A DNA stretch of 64,000 nucleotides from Eledone cirrhosa (GCA_964016885.1 OZ024741.1:46376001-46440000), one strand, 5' to 3'; counted from the first letter of the stretch, positions 1 through 11,833 are shown. Notes: generated from the letters alone by a model not told the origin. Numbers and translations: made by a program.

Positions 1-2841
1 CAGGGTTAATCTGTCTTCTAATTGTTCTTTAAGTTTTTGTTTAAGTCTACTGTCCCACCATACCATGAACAAGTTAGCTATGTCGCCTGCAATGCTAACA
101 CCAATGGCTGCTCCTTCCTCTTGGGCATATGTTTTACCATTAAATTTGAACATATGTTCCTTAAGGGTTAATTTTATGCTGGCCCCTACCGCATGTGCAA
201 TCATTTTCTTCAGTTCATCGTGGTTTTCGGGTGTCCGTATGGCTCTGGTCCACCCGTTCCATCTATCTGTGTGGGTTTTCTTGGCCATTGAGGTAATGGT
301 AGGTGGTCTGCCTCTTGCTGGTCTTGTAGGGCACAGGTTGCTAAGGTCATAAGTGTCTAGGTAACTATTACTATGGGTAAGCTTAAGTAGAAGTCCCAGC
401 TCACTGGTATCAATCCCACGGAACTCAACCTTGCTCTCGCTGATCATTTCGACGCATTTCTCCACAGCAAAATCCACGTCAATAGATGGATACAGGGACA
501 CAACATCCATACTGCCTATTATGCAGTTTGTTAGGTCCCCAGATCGGTTACCCGCGTCGATTCTGCTGAGGAGGTCCTCCGTGCTGTCACACACATCTGG
601 GGACATCTCAATGATGGGGCGTATGATCAGGGAGAGGAAGTAGGACAGTCTGTAGTTACTAGCAATGTTAGCCCCACAGACTGGCCGTGTTGGTGGTCCC
701 GCGACAGGGTCCCAGCCCGTTTTATGGTCTTTTCGAAGCCCATACAACGCCGGCACGTCATTGTTCCAGGCCTGGAAGTTGTTGGCAGTCCTTTTGTTGG
801 GCTGCATTATATTTGTCCACATCACCATATGGGCATTGAGGGTTTTTTTTTCTCTGTCTTCATGCTCCTGTGGTGTTACCTCTCTTGTGTTAGTGATGTG
901 GGGTTGCATTGCCTGGATGTAGTTTGGCAGGCTGTCAACCGACATTCTGCCGGACTTGTCTGTTGGAAAGCATGCTATCTCTCCATTACGCGAGCGCTGC
1001 ATGAGCTCACGCAAGCCATTTGCAGATTCTTCTCCCAGTTGCTGGGCCTCTATTCTATTATGCTTCTTGCTATACTGTTCTATAATATTTCTAAGTTCGG
1101 ATTTAGCTATACTAAATTGTGCTTCTGTTTGTTCATCGACCTGCGACGGCAACTGCGTGCGTTTGTTAAATGGCAAAGTCGTGGCGTGGACTCGTCGTAG
1201 GTCGAATGATTTATCGGAGGGGTTATAAAACGGAGAGTTCCAGGCTGCTGCTTTATGTGTACTTGCGCTATTGTTAGTTGTGTTGTTTCTATTTCCACCA
1301 ACAGCAGCAGCCTCAGCTTCATGGTTGTTTCTATGTCTCTCATAATTACTCCTATCTCTTTCCACTGGCTCAATGTTGTTATCTACCCTATTTTGTGTGT
1401 CTGTGTGTTCGTCTTGGTTATTCTCTTTGTCCTTAGTCTCCCTACTCCTTTTAATCCTATTACTTTCTCTTATTTCTCTGATTTCTGTGCTACTGTCATT
1501 ACTTGTTTTCTGTGTCTGTGTGTTTGTTAAGATTGTAGTGGTGGTGAGAGGCATTGAATGTGTGTGTGTTGTTGTTGTTGATGTGTGTTGTTGTTGATGT
1601 GTGTTGTTGTCTCCGTGTGTGTGTGTGTTATCGTTGTTGTGTGTGTTGTTATTGTTGTTTGTGTTTGCGTGTCTGTTGTTGTTGTATCTGGGTATGTTGC
1701 TGTTGTTGTTGTTGTTGATGTGTGTGTTGTTGTTATTGTTGTCTCCGTGTGTGTTGTTATTGTTGTTTGTGTCTGCGTGTCTGTTGTCTCCGTGTGTGTG
1801 TGTGTTATCGTTGTTGTGTGTGTTGTTATTGTTGTTTGTGTTTGCGTGTCTGTTGTTGTTGTATCTGGGTATGTTGCTGTTGTTGTTGTTGTTGATGTGT
1901 GTGTTGTTGTTATTGTTGTCTCCGTGTGTGTTGTTATTGTTGTTTGTGTCTGCGTGTCTGTTGTATCTGGGTATGTTGCTATTGTTGTTATTGTATCTGG
2001 GTATGTTGCTATTGTTGTTGTTATTGTTGTTTGTGTCTGTGTGTCTGTTGTTGTTGGGATGTGTGTTGTATATGTGTGTGCGTATATTGTTGCTTTTGTT
2101 TTTGTTTTTGATGCTCCAGCGTAGTTTCGTAAATGATTTTTCTATTTCTGACAGACAACTAATCATATTTACCTTCTTAAATGTCGCAAATTTGGGTGGC
2201 AGACTTAACACAGACATTTCATTATTATCTATTTTCGTGTTTCCATAAATGTTGGTATTTTCATTGTTGAACTCTTCAGATAATGAGGTGTCGGCCATGT
2301 TGATACCGTCAATTTTGTCGGGATATCTATTGGTATACTCTATAGTATCCCGATTTAGCTTTGCCTGTTTAAGCCACTTTAATTTTCTGTTAAAGTGCTT
2401 ATTACATTCTTGAGTAATGTACTGTTCTTCGGGGCGTATAAGGCTTATAAATGTTAGTTTTTCTGCTGGTGTGGTGATTTTAGATATTTCATCTATTAGG
2501 TTACGCTTTAGTTTTTCTTGATGACTTAATTCTCTATAGATCTTCTTTTTTATGTTTAGAATTAAAGTTCGTTTTAGCCCATCTGCTTGTTTTTTGGTGA
2601 GTTGTAATCTTCTAACGTCGGTATTGATGGTGTTGGTGTAGATTCTAGAAGTGGTGCACAGTTTTATGAAGTGTAGTTGTCGAGATGTTATGGTTTTTCG
2701 TAGACAACAGAACATGGTGGTTTTCAGTATCTTGTTAGCCTGGCTAAGGCTTACGATATTTCGTTTCTGAATTTGTTTAGCAAGATTCTTTATCTGAAAT
2801 CGTGTGTTGAAACCGATATTGTTATACTTTGGGAGGGCCAT
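1..2841 (-). CDS. PLE family A polyprotein, N-terminus and RT (partial, open at the window edge)
   Basis: Hand translation gives [28 protein letters not shown]...LSLPPKF...KLRW, an N/T/H-rich tract, then RT matching ORF 3839-6367 (DKSG, YGLRKDHK, PTRPV, MDVVSLYPSI, GAAIG). The ATG is in frame with the RT. Absent from the ORF track, presumably because it has no stop inside the window. Confidence 0.85.
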   Translation of the reverse strand, partial: MALPKYNNIGFNTRFQIKNLAKQIQKRNIVSLSQANKILKTTMFCCLRKTITSRQLHFIKLCTTSRIYTNTINTDVRRLQLTKKQADGLKRTLILNIKKKIYRELSHQEKLKRNLIDEISKITTPAEKLTFISLIRPEEQYITQECNKHFNRKLKWLKQAKLNRDTIEYTNRYPDKIDGINMADTSLSEEFNNENTNIYGNTKIDNNEMSVLSLPPKFATFKKVNMISCLSEIEKSFTKLRWSIKNKNKSNNIRTHIYNTHPNNNRHTDTNNNNNNNSNIPRYNNNNSNIPRYNRHADTNNNNNTHGDNNNNNTHINNNNNSNIPRYNNNRHANTNNNNNTHNNDNTHTHGDNRHADTNNNNNTHGDNNNNNTHINNNNNSNIPRYNNNRHANTNNNNNTHNNDNTHTHGDNNTHQQQHTSTTTTHTHSMPLTTTTILTNTQTQKTSNDSSTEIREIRESNRIKRSRETKDKENNQDEHTDTQNRVDNNIEPVERDRSNYERHRNNHEAEAAAVGGNRNNTTNNSASTHKAAAWNSPFYNPSDKSFDLRRVHATTLPFNKRTQLPSQVDEQTEAQFSIAKSELRNIIEQYSKKHNRIEAQQLGEESANGLRELMQRSRNGEIACFPTDKSGRMSVDSLPNYIQAMQPHITNTREVTPQEHEDREKKTLNAHMVMWTNIMQPNKRTANNFQAWNNDVPALYGLRKDHKTGWDPVAGPPTRPVCGANIASNYRLSYFLSLIIRPIIEMSPDVCDSTEDLLSRIDAGNRSGDLTNCIIGSMDVVSLYPSIDVDFAVEKCVEMISESKVEFRGIDTSELGLLLKLTHSNSYLDTYDLSNLCPTRPARGRPPTITSMAKKTHTDRWNGWTRAIRTPENHDELKKMIAHAVGASIKLTLKEHMFKFNGKTYAQEEGAAIGVSIAGDIANLFMVWWDSRLKQKLKEQLEDRLTL
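1560..2100. repeat. In-frame low-complexity tandem region with a 177-bp duplication, built from (GTT)n and (GT)n
   Basis: GTCTCCGTGTGTGTGTGTGTTATCG occurs at about 1609 and 1786. Encodes an Asn/Thr/His-rich peptide on the minus strand. Confidence 0.85.
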
Positions 2842-2974
2842 GTTGCCAATAAGAAACACACGCACCAGTTGCTTTCACTTCAATTTAATTTAATATATAT
2901 TTATAAATTTACAAATTTATAAATTTCTGGTTGGTTGGTTGGTTCCACAACCAGATAGTTGTTTATATATATAT

Positions 2975-3019
2975 AGTCATAGTTCTTTCGTCACACACTC
3001 TGTGACCTCTTCAGTGACT
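2975..3019 (-). ncRNA. Minimal type I hammerhead ribozyme (PLE A pLTR)
   Basis: Reverse complement of 7045-7089. Confidence 0.85.
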
Positions 3020-3315
3020 GGGGATTTCTTTCTTCGTTTCTGTGCCTTTCCTTTCTTCTATCCTACGCCATTTTGTTTGTGTGTGGGTTGCGTGCTCAGT
3101 TTGCGCATGCGCCACATCCGGGTGTCTGTGTGTGTTTGTGTTCATTTTTCTATTTTTCTATTTATATTTGTTTGTTTATTTATTTATTTATTGTTGGTTG
3201 GTTGTTTGTTCTATGTGTGTGTGTGTTTTCATTTTGTCTTGTGTGTGTTTTCATTTTGTGTGTGTTTTCAATTGTAAGTTGTTTATATATGTGTGTGTGT
3301 GTTTTCATTTTGTCC

Positions 3316-3887
3316 TTAATTGTAAGTTGTGATGTTGCTGTTCCACTCATATTTTCTATTTAATTTTGGTTTTAATTCTTTTATGCTTACTGCCTCTGTA
3401 ATTTGCCTAAACATTGCGTCTTTCTTGTGTGTGGATTCTATTTTTATTTCTATGCTCTCTAATTTACCCCTGTGTTCTATCTTAGCATGTTGGTAGAGCA
3501 CAGATGATTCTTTACTATCTTGGAGGTCTCGCCAGTGTTCATTTATTCGTTCCCCTATACTACGAGCTGTCTCACCTATGTACACTATATTTTTGTCTCT
3601 ACATTGTCCCTCAGTACATCTTATGCTATATACTACATTTCTAGTTTTACAGTTAATATGGGGGCTTATTTTACAGGTTATACATTTCTTATCTATACAT
3701 GAGGGTCTTTGGAACGGGTATGTCTTGCTAATAAGTGTTTTTACGGAGGTACCAGGTCTTTCTACTATCTTAATATTGAGATTATGTTTCTTTAGGGCCC
3801 TTCTAAATTTGTAGGCTAGTTCACCTCTAGGGGTTGTATTGATGAACATTACACTCTGGTATTTATTGCTATCATACCATGAGTTTA
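3316..3887 (-). pseudogene. GIY-YIG endonuclease fragment forming the pLTR of family A
   Basis: SCIDKKCITC linker, NVVYSIRC...YIGETARSIGERINEH, RQITEAVSI...LNRKYEW. Confidence 0.9.
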
Positions 3888-6748
3888 ACAACAACAACAA
3901 CAGCAACATACCCAGATACAACAACAACAGACACGCAAACACAAACAACAATAACAACACACACAACAACGATAACACACACACACACGGAGACAACAAC
4001 ACACATCAACAACAACACACATCAACAACAACAACACACACACATTCAATGCCTCTCACCACCACTACAATCTTAACAAACACACAGACACAGAAAACAA
4101 GTAATGACAGTAGCACAGAAATCAGAGAAATAAGAGAAAGTAATAGGATTAAAAGGAGTAGGGAGACTAAGGACAAAGAGAATAACCAAGACGAACACAC
4201 AGACACACAAAATAGGGTAGATAACAACATTGAGCCAGTGGAAAGAGATAGGAGTAATTATGAGAGACATAGAAACAACCATGAAGCTGAGGCTGCTGCT
4301 GTTGGTGGAAATAGAAACAACACAACTAACAATAGCGCAAGTACACATAAAGCAGCAGCCTGGAACTCTCCGTTTTATAACCCCTCCGATAAATCATTCG
4401 ACCTACGACGAGTCCACGCCACGACTTTGCCATTTAACAAACGCACGCAGTTGCCGTCGCAGGTCGATGAACAAACAGAAGCACAATTTAGTATAGCTAA
4501 ATCCGAACTTAGAAATATTATAGAACAGTATAGCAAGAAGCATAATAGAATAGAGGCCCAGCAACTGGGAGAAGAATCTGCAAATGGCTTGCGTGAGCTC
4601 ATGCAGCGCTCGCGTAATGGAGAGATAGCATGCTTTCCAACAGACAAGTCCGGCAGAATGTCGGTTGACAGCCTGCCAAACTACATCCAGGCAATGCAAC
4701 CCCACATCACTAACACAAGAGAGGTAACACCACAGGAGCATGAAGACAGAGAAAAAAAAACCCTCAATGCCCATATGGTGATGTGGACAAATATAATGCA
4801 GCCCAACAAAAGGACTGCCAACAACTTCCAGGCCTGGAACAATGACGTGCCGGCGTTGTATGGGCTTCGAAAAGACCATAAAACGGGCTGGGACCCTGTC
4901 GCGGGACCACCAACACGGCCAGTCTGTGGGGCTAACATTGCTAGTAACTACAGACTGTCCTACTTCCTCTCCCTGATCATACGCCCCATCATTGAGATGT
5001 CCCCAGATGTGTGTGACAGCACGGAGGACCTCCTCAGCAGAATCGACGCGGGTAACCGATCTGGGGACCTAACAAACTGCATAATAGGCAGTATGGATGT
5101 TGTGTCCCTGTATCCATCTATTGACGTGGATTTTGCTGTGGAGAAATGCGTCGAAATGATCAGCGAGAGCAAGGTTGAGTTCCGTGGGATTGATACCAGT
5201 GAGCTGGGACTTCTACTTAAGCTTACCCATAGTAATAGTTACCTAGACACTTATGACCTTAGCAACCTGTGCCCTACAAGACCAGCAAGAGGCAGACCAC
5301 CTACCATTACCTCAATGGCCAAGAAAACCCACACAGATAGATGGAACGGGTGGACCAGAGCCATACGGACACCCGAAAACCACGATGAACTGAAGAAAAT
5401 GATTGCACATGCGGTAGGGGCCAGCATAAAATTAACCCTTAAGGAACATATGTTCAAATTTAATGGTAAAACATATGCCCAAGAGGAAGGAGCAGCCATT
5501 GGTGTTAGCATTGCAGGCGACATAGCTAACTTGTTCATGGTATGGTGGGACAGTAGACTTAAACAAAAACTTAAAGAACAATTAGAAGACAGATTAACCC
5601 TGATAATGTACTCCCGCTACGTAGATGATATAAACATCGTAGTTAAGACACCCCCACTAAAGAACAGTCAGGAACCTGAGAAAAACACAATGGAAAGCAT
5701 CCAGCAAATAGCAAACTCCATCCACCAGAGCATTAGAGTTACTATAGACTACCCAAGTAGACACCCCAACCATCGATTACCTGTACTAGACACAGAGCTC
5801 TGGTTAGATACTATTAACAACCAAAAACAAATCCTCCATTCCCATTATGCCAAACCCATGACTTCCAAACATCTGATCCACCGAAACTCGGCCATTTCGG
5901 ACCATACCAAAATCAACATACTGATTGCGGATTTGATACGGGTGATGAGAAATGTGTCCCGCATGTGCAACCCCGAAGAACTAGAGAGACACATACAACA
6001 CTTCATCCACCGTATGCAGTTCTCTGGCTACAATCAGAGAGATAGAATCAGAGTGTATAAAGGAGCCAGAACCAAATGGGAAAAAATGGTAAATAATGAC
6101 ATAAATGGGACCTGCCCCTTGTATAGGAGCAAATTTTGGAATAGAATAGAAAGAACTAAGAACAAGGCCAATAGAATAAACTCATGGTATGATAGCAATA
6201 AATACCAGAGTGTAATGTTCATCAATACAACCCCTAGAGGTGAACTAGCCTACAAATTTAGAAGGGCCCTAAAGAAACATAATCTCAATATTAAGATAGT
6301 AGAAAGACCTGGTACCTCCGTAAAAACACTTATTAGCAAGACATACCCGTTCCAAAGACCCTCATGAATAGATAAGAAATGTATAACCTGTAAAATAAGC
6401 CCCCATATTAACTGTAAAACTAGAAATGTAGTATATAGCATAAGATGTACTGAGGGACAATGTAGAGACAAAAATATAGTGTACATAGGTGAGACAGCTC
6501 GTAGTATAGGGGAACGAATAAATGAACACTGGCGAGACCTCCAAGATAGTAAAGAATCATCTGTGCTCTACCAACATGCTAAGATAGAACACAGGGGTAA
6601 ATTAGAGAGCATAGAAATAAAAATAGAATCCACACACAAGAAAGACGCAATGTTTAGGCAAATTACAGAGGCAGTAAGCATAAAAGAATTAAAACCAAAA
6701 TTAAATAGAAAATATGAGTGGAACAGCAACATCACAACTTACAATTAA
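3887..6748 (+). CDS. PLE reverse transcriptase plus GIY-YIG endonuclease (5'-truncated, single in-frame TGA at 6365-6367)
   Basis: ORF 3839-6367 (RYVDD, LPVLD, YAKPM) continues in the same frame into ORF 6479-6748 (YIGETAR...EH). Confidence 0.9.
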
Positions 6749-7044
6749 GGACAAAATGAAAACACACACACACATATATAAACAACTTACAATTGAAAAC
6801 ACACACAAAATGAAAACACACACAAGACAAAATGAAAACACACACACACATAGAACAAACAACCAACCAACAATAAATAAATAAATAAACAAACAAATAT
6901 AAATAGAAAAATAGAAAAATGAACACAAACACACACAGACACCCGGATGTGGCGCATGCGCAAACTGAGCACGCAACCCACACACAAACAAAATGGCGTA
7001 GGATAGAAGAAAGGAAAGGCACAGAAACGAAGAAAGAAATCCCC

Positions 7045-7089
7045 AGTCACTGAAGAGGTCACAGAGTGTGTGACGAAAGAACTATGACT
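7045..7089 (+). ncRNA. Minimal type I hammerhead ribozyme
   Basis: AGTCA-CTGAAGA-G-GTCAC agagtgt GTGAC-GAAAG-AA-CTA-TGACT. Stem I is AGTCA/TGACT; predicted cleavage after CUA. Confidence 0.88.
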
Positions 7090-7300
7090 ATATATATATA
7101 AACAACTATCTGGTTGTGGAACCAACCAACCAACCAGAAATTTATAAATTTGTAAATTTATAAATATATATTAAATTAAATTGAAGTGAAAGCAACTGGT
7201 GCGTGTGTTTCTTATTGGCAACATGGCCCTCCCAAAGTATAACAATATCGGTTTCAACACACGATTTCAGATAAAGAATCTTGCTAAACAAATTCAGAAA

Positions 7301-7373
<73 letters not shown>

Positions 7374-7374
<1 letters not shown>

Positions 7375-8272
7375 TCGTTATTTAATTTGTTTTGCGAGAT
7401 TTCTTATCTGAAATCGAGTGTTGAAACAGATATTGTTATAATTTGGGAGGGCCATGTTGCCAATAAAAACACACTCTTCTGTTGGTTTTCACTTTAATTT
7501 ATTATAAATTTCCGTTTACTTGGTTGGTTGGTTCGATAACCGGAAGATTTTTTAAATATTGTCAAAGCTCTTTCATCACACATTCTGGGACCTCCACAGT
7601 GACTACATTTTTATTTTGTGTCTCTCCTTTGTTCTGTCCTAACCATCTTGTGTTTGTGTGTTCCGTGTTGTGTGCTTTGTTTGCGCATGCGTTACATCCG
7701 GGTGAGTGTGTGTTTATTTATTTATGTGTTTATTTATTTGTCACTAGTTGGTTGTTTGTTCTATCTGTGTATGTTTGATTTGTTTTGTTAGTTTGATTTT
7801 CGTGTGTGTCTTTATGTCTTCATTTTGTCCTTTATTACGAGTTGTGATGTTGCTATTCCACACATGTTTTCTGTTTAATTTTGGTTGGAGTTCGTTTATA
7901 TTTGTCGCCTCTGTGATTTGTCTGAGCATTGCATCTTTTCTGTGTGTGGATATCATTTTTATCTCTATGTTCTCTAATGTGCCTCTATGTTCTATTTTGG
8001 CATGTTGGTGGAATACTGATGAGTTTTTCCTATCCTGGAGTTCTCGCCAGTGTTCACTTATCCTTTCTCTTATGCTACAGGGTGTTTCATCTATGTTAGG
8101 TTCTTATTCCTACACTGTCCCTCAGTACACCTTATGCTATATACTACGTTTCAGAATATGTAAACAACCTTCCGGTTATCGAACCAACCAACCAGAAATT
8201 TATAATAAATTGAAGTGAAAACCAACAGGTGCATGTGTTTTTATTGGTAACATGACCCCCCAAAAGTAAAAC
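7374..8272. mobile_element. Diverged PLE A fold-back insertion (long minus arm 7374-~8150 with EN remnant, short plus arm to 8272)
   Basis: ORF 7744-7956 (RKDAMLRQITEA...LNRKHVW), a degenerate HHR at ~7561-7604, and (TA)n on both sides. Confidence 0.85.
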
Positions 8273-8587
8273 TATATATATATATATATATAGTTTCGTT
8301 GACAAATATATCAATGTGCCCAGACACGCAGATATATTGCCCTTGGTATGACAGTGTGGTTTTAGCTCAATGTAGGATAACTGGTATACTACAGAGTATT
8401 TATAGGTATATATATATATATATATTTATTTATTTATTTACGTTCGTATAGCACGGAGTGCATGTGCATAAACACACACTCACCGTGTTATATTTTGACG
8501 GTATTGTATTAGCTCAATGTACGAGAACAGAGCCATTATATGTAAAAGAAACCAAAGAACGCTTACATACTCAAACAGTTTTTATTT

Positions 8588-8632
8588 GCTTACAATGTTT
8601 CATCCATACCGTTGGGTAGGAATCATCAGAGC
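8588..8632 (-). ncRNA. Minimal hammerhead ribozyme
   Basis: GCT-CTGATGA-TTCC...GGAT-GAAAC-ATT-GTA-AGC. Confidence 0.8.
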
Positions 8633-9525
8633 CTAATAAACACAGTGCTGAGTATAAGCTCTACCAAGCTTAGTCACACGAACAATCGGAATACAATAGA
8701 GGGTAAAGATAGGGAGATCGGAGATGGCGAATAAGGAGAGAGTACATGCTGGGGTTGTTAAGCACCACAGCTAAATGCTAGGGCACAAGCAGATATCACA
8801 AGATGCAGATACAATTGATGGCACACTAAAGCTAAAAATACAAACAATGGTTAAAACATAATAAAAAAGTAAAAGGAAGATAATATAAAGAGATAAAAAA
8901 TAAATAAAAGGTAAAAAATTATTTTAAAAATTTTTAAAGGAAAGAAGTGAAAAAAGAAAAAAGAAAAAAGAAAAAAGACAAAAGAAAAAAAGAAAAAAGA
9001 AAAAAGAAAGAGTTTTAAGCACATAAAAAAGCCAGAGGAATTTAAGCGCTGGTCCATATAAAACAAGTAAATAGGATTTCCGTAACTTATAGTTATATAA
9101 GCACTAATATGTCCTTAAGGTACATCCAGAAATACCACAGTAATTAAAATCCTGCCATGGTATACATATACAAGGTATACTGGTAGGTACTTGAATTACG
9201 TAGCCCATGGGTGTTCCACAAACATATAGACAGGCAACACATAAATGCAAGCCATACACAAGCGAAGTGGGGTTATTACAGGATAGAGCTGAGTATAACA
9301 TGTTTATAGACAGGCACCACATATAAAGCAAGCTATACACAAGCAAAGCGGGGTTACTATAAGATAGAGCTGCAGCAAAAGCCCCACAATATTATTTCAG
9401 TTACTGTAAAACCAACTGGCAAAGAGTTACTACACATGTATATTAACCGTATAGGCTAGACCAGTATTCCGATTGTTCGTGTGACTAAGCTTGGTAGAGC
9501 TTATACACAGCACTGTGATTATTAA

Positions 9526-9570
9526 GCTCTGACGATTCCTACCCAACGATATGGATGAAACATTGTAAGC
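9526..9570 (+). ncRNA. Minimal hammerhead ribozyme
   Basis: GCT-CTGACGA-TTCC...GGAT-GAAAC-ATT-GTA-AGC. Confidence 0.8.
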
Positions 9571-9640
9571 AAATAAAAACTGTTTGAGTATGTAAGCGTT
9601 CTTTGATTTCTTTTACATATATATATAGTTTTATATATAT

Positions 9641-9641
<1 letters not shown>

Positions 9642-9671
<30 letters not shown>

Positions 9672-9701
9672 AAGAAGAAGAAGAAGAAGAAGAAGAAGAA
9701 G

Positions 9702-9731
<30 letters not shown>
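9642..9731. repeat. (AAG)n microsatellite
   Basis: Seen directly. Confidence 0.98.
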
Positions 9732-9732
<1 letters not shown>

Positions 9733-10283
9733 TTAGAGTTACAGGGCAAGGAAGGGGAGAACATTTTACAGATTAGTACTACCAAAAGAAAAAAAACTTT
9801 ACTAGGGATGTGAAAAGTTAACTTATGGTAGCAGGTTTACGTTTTTATTTAATTCCTAAGGTGTTGCTTTAGTAAAATAACCCGGAACCACGGGGTTACC
9901 AGAGGAAATGTTTAACTAAACAATTATGGAAATAGTTAATTGTATTCAGTAAAGAGATAAATGTGAGTGTGTGTCCGTGAAACATTATATATAGACCAGG
10001 TCCGGACACAAAGGAACGAAACTTCCACTGTCACTGCCTCCGTCGCTCCTGCTCTTCCCATCTCTCACTATTATGAGAGAGAAAATGGGGGTCCATGCGC
10101 TGGCCACCCCGCGGCCCCAGCTGACAGAATAGATAAGGCGTTTCCCCGGAGGATGGTGAGGGCGACTCGCTGGAAAAACCATTCCAGCTTACGAGGCTCA
10201 CGCCTATAGATAGCTACCTCTGTACTGATGGTAGTGAGTAGAGGGGTGGCCCTCGGGCCAAGGACACCAGAAGTCTCCAATGG
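9732..10283 (-). mobile_element. 3' fragment of a CRE-like non-LTR retrotransposon (restriction-like endonuclease C-terminus)
   Basis: ORF 10071-10280, ETSGVLGPRA...EPRKLEWFFQRVALTILRGNALSIL, matches the ET.G..G...FQR.S..IQRGNA..I motif. The putative 3' UTR ends in (CTT)n. Confidence 0.65.
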
Positions 10284-10733
10284 TTGTATAATGTACAGAT
10301 AGATCTAATTTGAATATATTCAGTTGCATTCTTTCTTTTAGGTTTCGTGTAATACTTGAACATAATTGTAAGATAAACATTGCAGTAAATATATTCTAAA
10401 TTTGACATATATTTCACATGAATTATATATTTAAATATAATCAAGTAGTCATAACAAAATCAATCATAGCTGACATGGGATATAAAAAATACAAGCAAAT
10501 ATAGATTTGTTTTAAAAGTACAATACGTTTTATATAATTATTTGGCAGTAGCAATAAAACAGCGCTTAAGCATAATAGGGATGTATATGAAAATATATAT
10601 AAATATATACTATGCGTTTATATATAATAAACATATCGGTAGCTTCGCTATCCAAGAATAATAATTTTTTGTAACGAAAAAATGTATTTTATACTCTTTG
10701 AGTATATCACACAGTTGCCAGTACGGTTGAGAA

Positions 10734-10780
10734 TGTCTGATAGTGCTGTTTCAAGATTTTCTAATCTTTCATCAGTGACA
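10734..10780 (-). ncRNA. Degenerate hammerhead ribozyme
   Basis: TGTCA-CTGATGA-AAGATT agaa AATCTT-GAAACAG-CA-CTATC-AGACA. Stem II is perfect; stems I and III have one mismatch each. Confidence 0.6.
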
Positions 10781-11029
10781 ACCCCTCCACCCGTATTGGC
10801 ATAGAAATAGACTGGGGTCTATATAAAATTTTCCGTATTTTTTTGTCTTGTTTTGTTTTTCATTTAGGTAGAATCGACTCGAGTAAAAAGCATCTAAGTA
10901 ATCCTAACAGTTAATATTCAAAGCAACATGTGTAGGTTCAATTTACACCTGGTGACCACATTTTTTCTTCCTTGTTTCCCCCTTTCATCTGTGTTTATAT
11001 CGTGTTCTTCTTATTTGCCCACTTATTCC

Positions 11030-11230
11030 TGAAAGGGTCGTGAGGGCAGAATCCTCAAGCTTGCCTTCCAACGGGTCCTTTCAGAAGCAACTGACTCAAA
11101 TTGATCCGGCAGAATCCCTAAGCGAGACCAGCCGAGCTCATAATGTTATCCTACCATCTTTCTTGGGGTCTACATTTGGGTATACTGCCGGCTGGTTTTG
11201 CCCGTTAAAATCCGTCCAGCGATTTTAAAA
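11030..11230 (-). mobile_element. RTE-clade LINE 3' fragment (old)
   Basis: Similar to 25400-25600; AKPAG...RPQERW*DNI. Confidence 0.55.
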
Positions 11231-11626
11231 TAGGTAAATTGCTTTTCTTTTATCTATAATTATATTTAAAAGATTTCAGTGATTTAATTTTTGTGAGTGA
11301 ACATTCTCTTAGTATTCGTCTGAGGTCTAAAGGTTCGCAATGTTAGAAATCCACTTATCAGATGGAGTGGTGCAGCAAGAGCAAAAATATATAATGGGAG
11401 GAGGGGCAGCAAAGGGGATTTATTCACGATAAAAAAGTTAAGAAAGTAAAGATTCTAGCTCTACCAACGAATATCCTCGGTAAAATGGAAGACACCTTTA
11501 CTCTTTATCTACACACAAAACTGTTCAAACTTCAAGCCTTGAATACATGCTTGGACACCAAATCCGTAGAACAGACTGTGTGTGAATGCACATTTCCCTA
11601 ATTATAATAACCTCATAAATACATTG

Positions 11627-11833
11627 TATAGGGTGAGCCAAAAGTCACTTCTTACCTATTTTTATTAATAAAACATTACAAATTAACACAAAACTAATTT
11701 TTTAATCTTTAAATTAAATTTGATAATTAAATCTTATTTTTATTCACCTTTAATCTGAAAGAAAAAAGTATATAAAAATTATGATTTTTTTTTTTTTTTT
11801 TTTTGTAGGAAGTTACTTTTTGCCCACCCTGTA
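11627..11833. mobile_element. Tc1/mariner-type MITE
   Basis: Imperfect ~27-bp TIRs, TA|TAGGGTGAGCCAAAAGTCACTTCTTAC and GTAGGAAGTTACTTTTTGCCCACCCTG|TA, with TA flanks. Confidence 0.75.

Larger units (their letters stand above)
1..3887 (-). mobile_element. Penelope-like retrotransposon family A: ORF-containing copy with upstream pseudo-LTR, running off the window start
   Basis: On the minus strand: 3' ORF fragment (GIY-YIG), 3' UTR and HHR (3887-2842), then ATG at 2841 and the ORF. This is the partial-tandem pLTR layout established for PLEs. 1-1716 is the reverse complement of 3887-5602. Confidence 0.93.
3887..7303 (+). mobile_element. PLE family A, 5'-truncated copy joined head-to-head to the minus-strand copy and ending in (TA)n
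   Basis: RT, EN, 3' UTR, HHR and the first ~27 ORF codons as a tail, then (TA)n at 7304. 6177-7303 is the reverse complement of 2761-3887. Confidence 0.93.
8430..9620. mobile_element. Fold-back PLE-derived element, family B (arms ~8540-8695 and ~9464-9620, tail ~8430-8540)
   Basis: Inverted arms each contain an HHR; TA-repeat flanks. Confidence 0.75.

Noticed and set aside
65-2248. Plus-strand ORFs, including the Val/Cys/Leu-rich 179-aa and 215-aa ORFs
   Set aside because: They are antisense shadows of the PLE ORF and its low-complexity tract.
3839-3886. MMNITLWYLLLSYHEF as the N-terminus of the 842-aa ORF
   Set aside because: It is antisense pLTR sequence read across the inversion junction. 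The real start is the ATG at 2841 on the minus strand.
6749-7303. SECIS element downstream of the TGA-containing ORF
   Set aside because: I found no AUGA/AA/GA kink-turn stem by eye here or in 48748-49680. SECISearch3 is needed to be sure.
10620-10825. Stop-free minus-strand stretch after an AG, resembling an exon (TPVYFYANTGG...)
   Set aside because: No recognisable protein or partner exons; the embedded hammerhead motif explains the sequence better.
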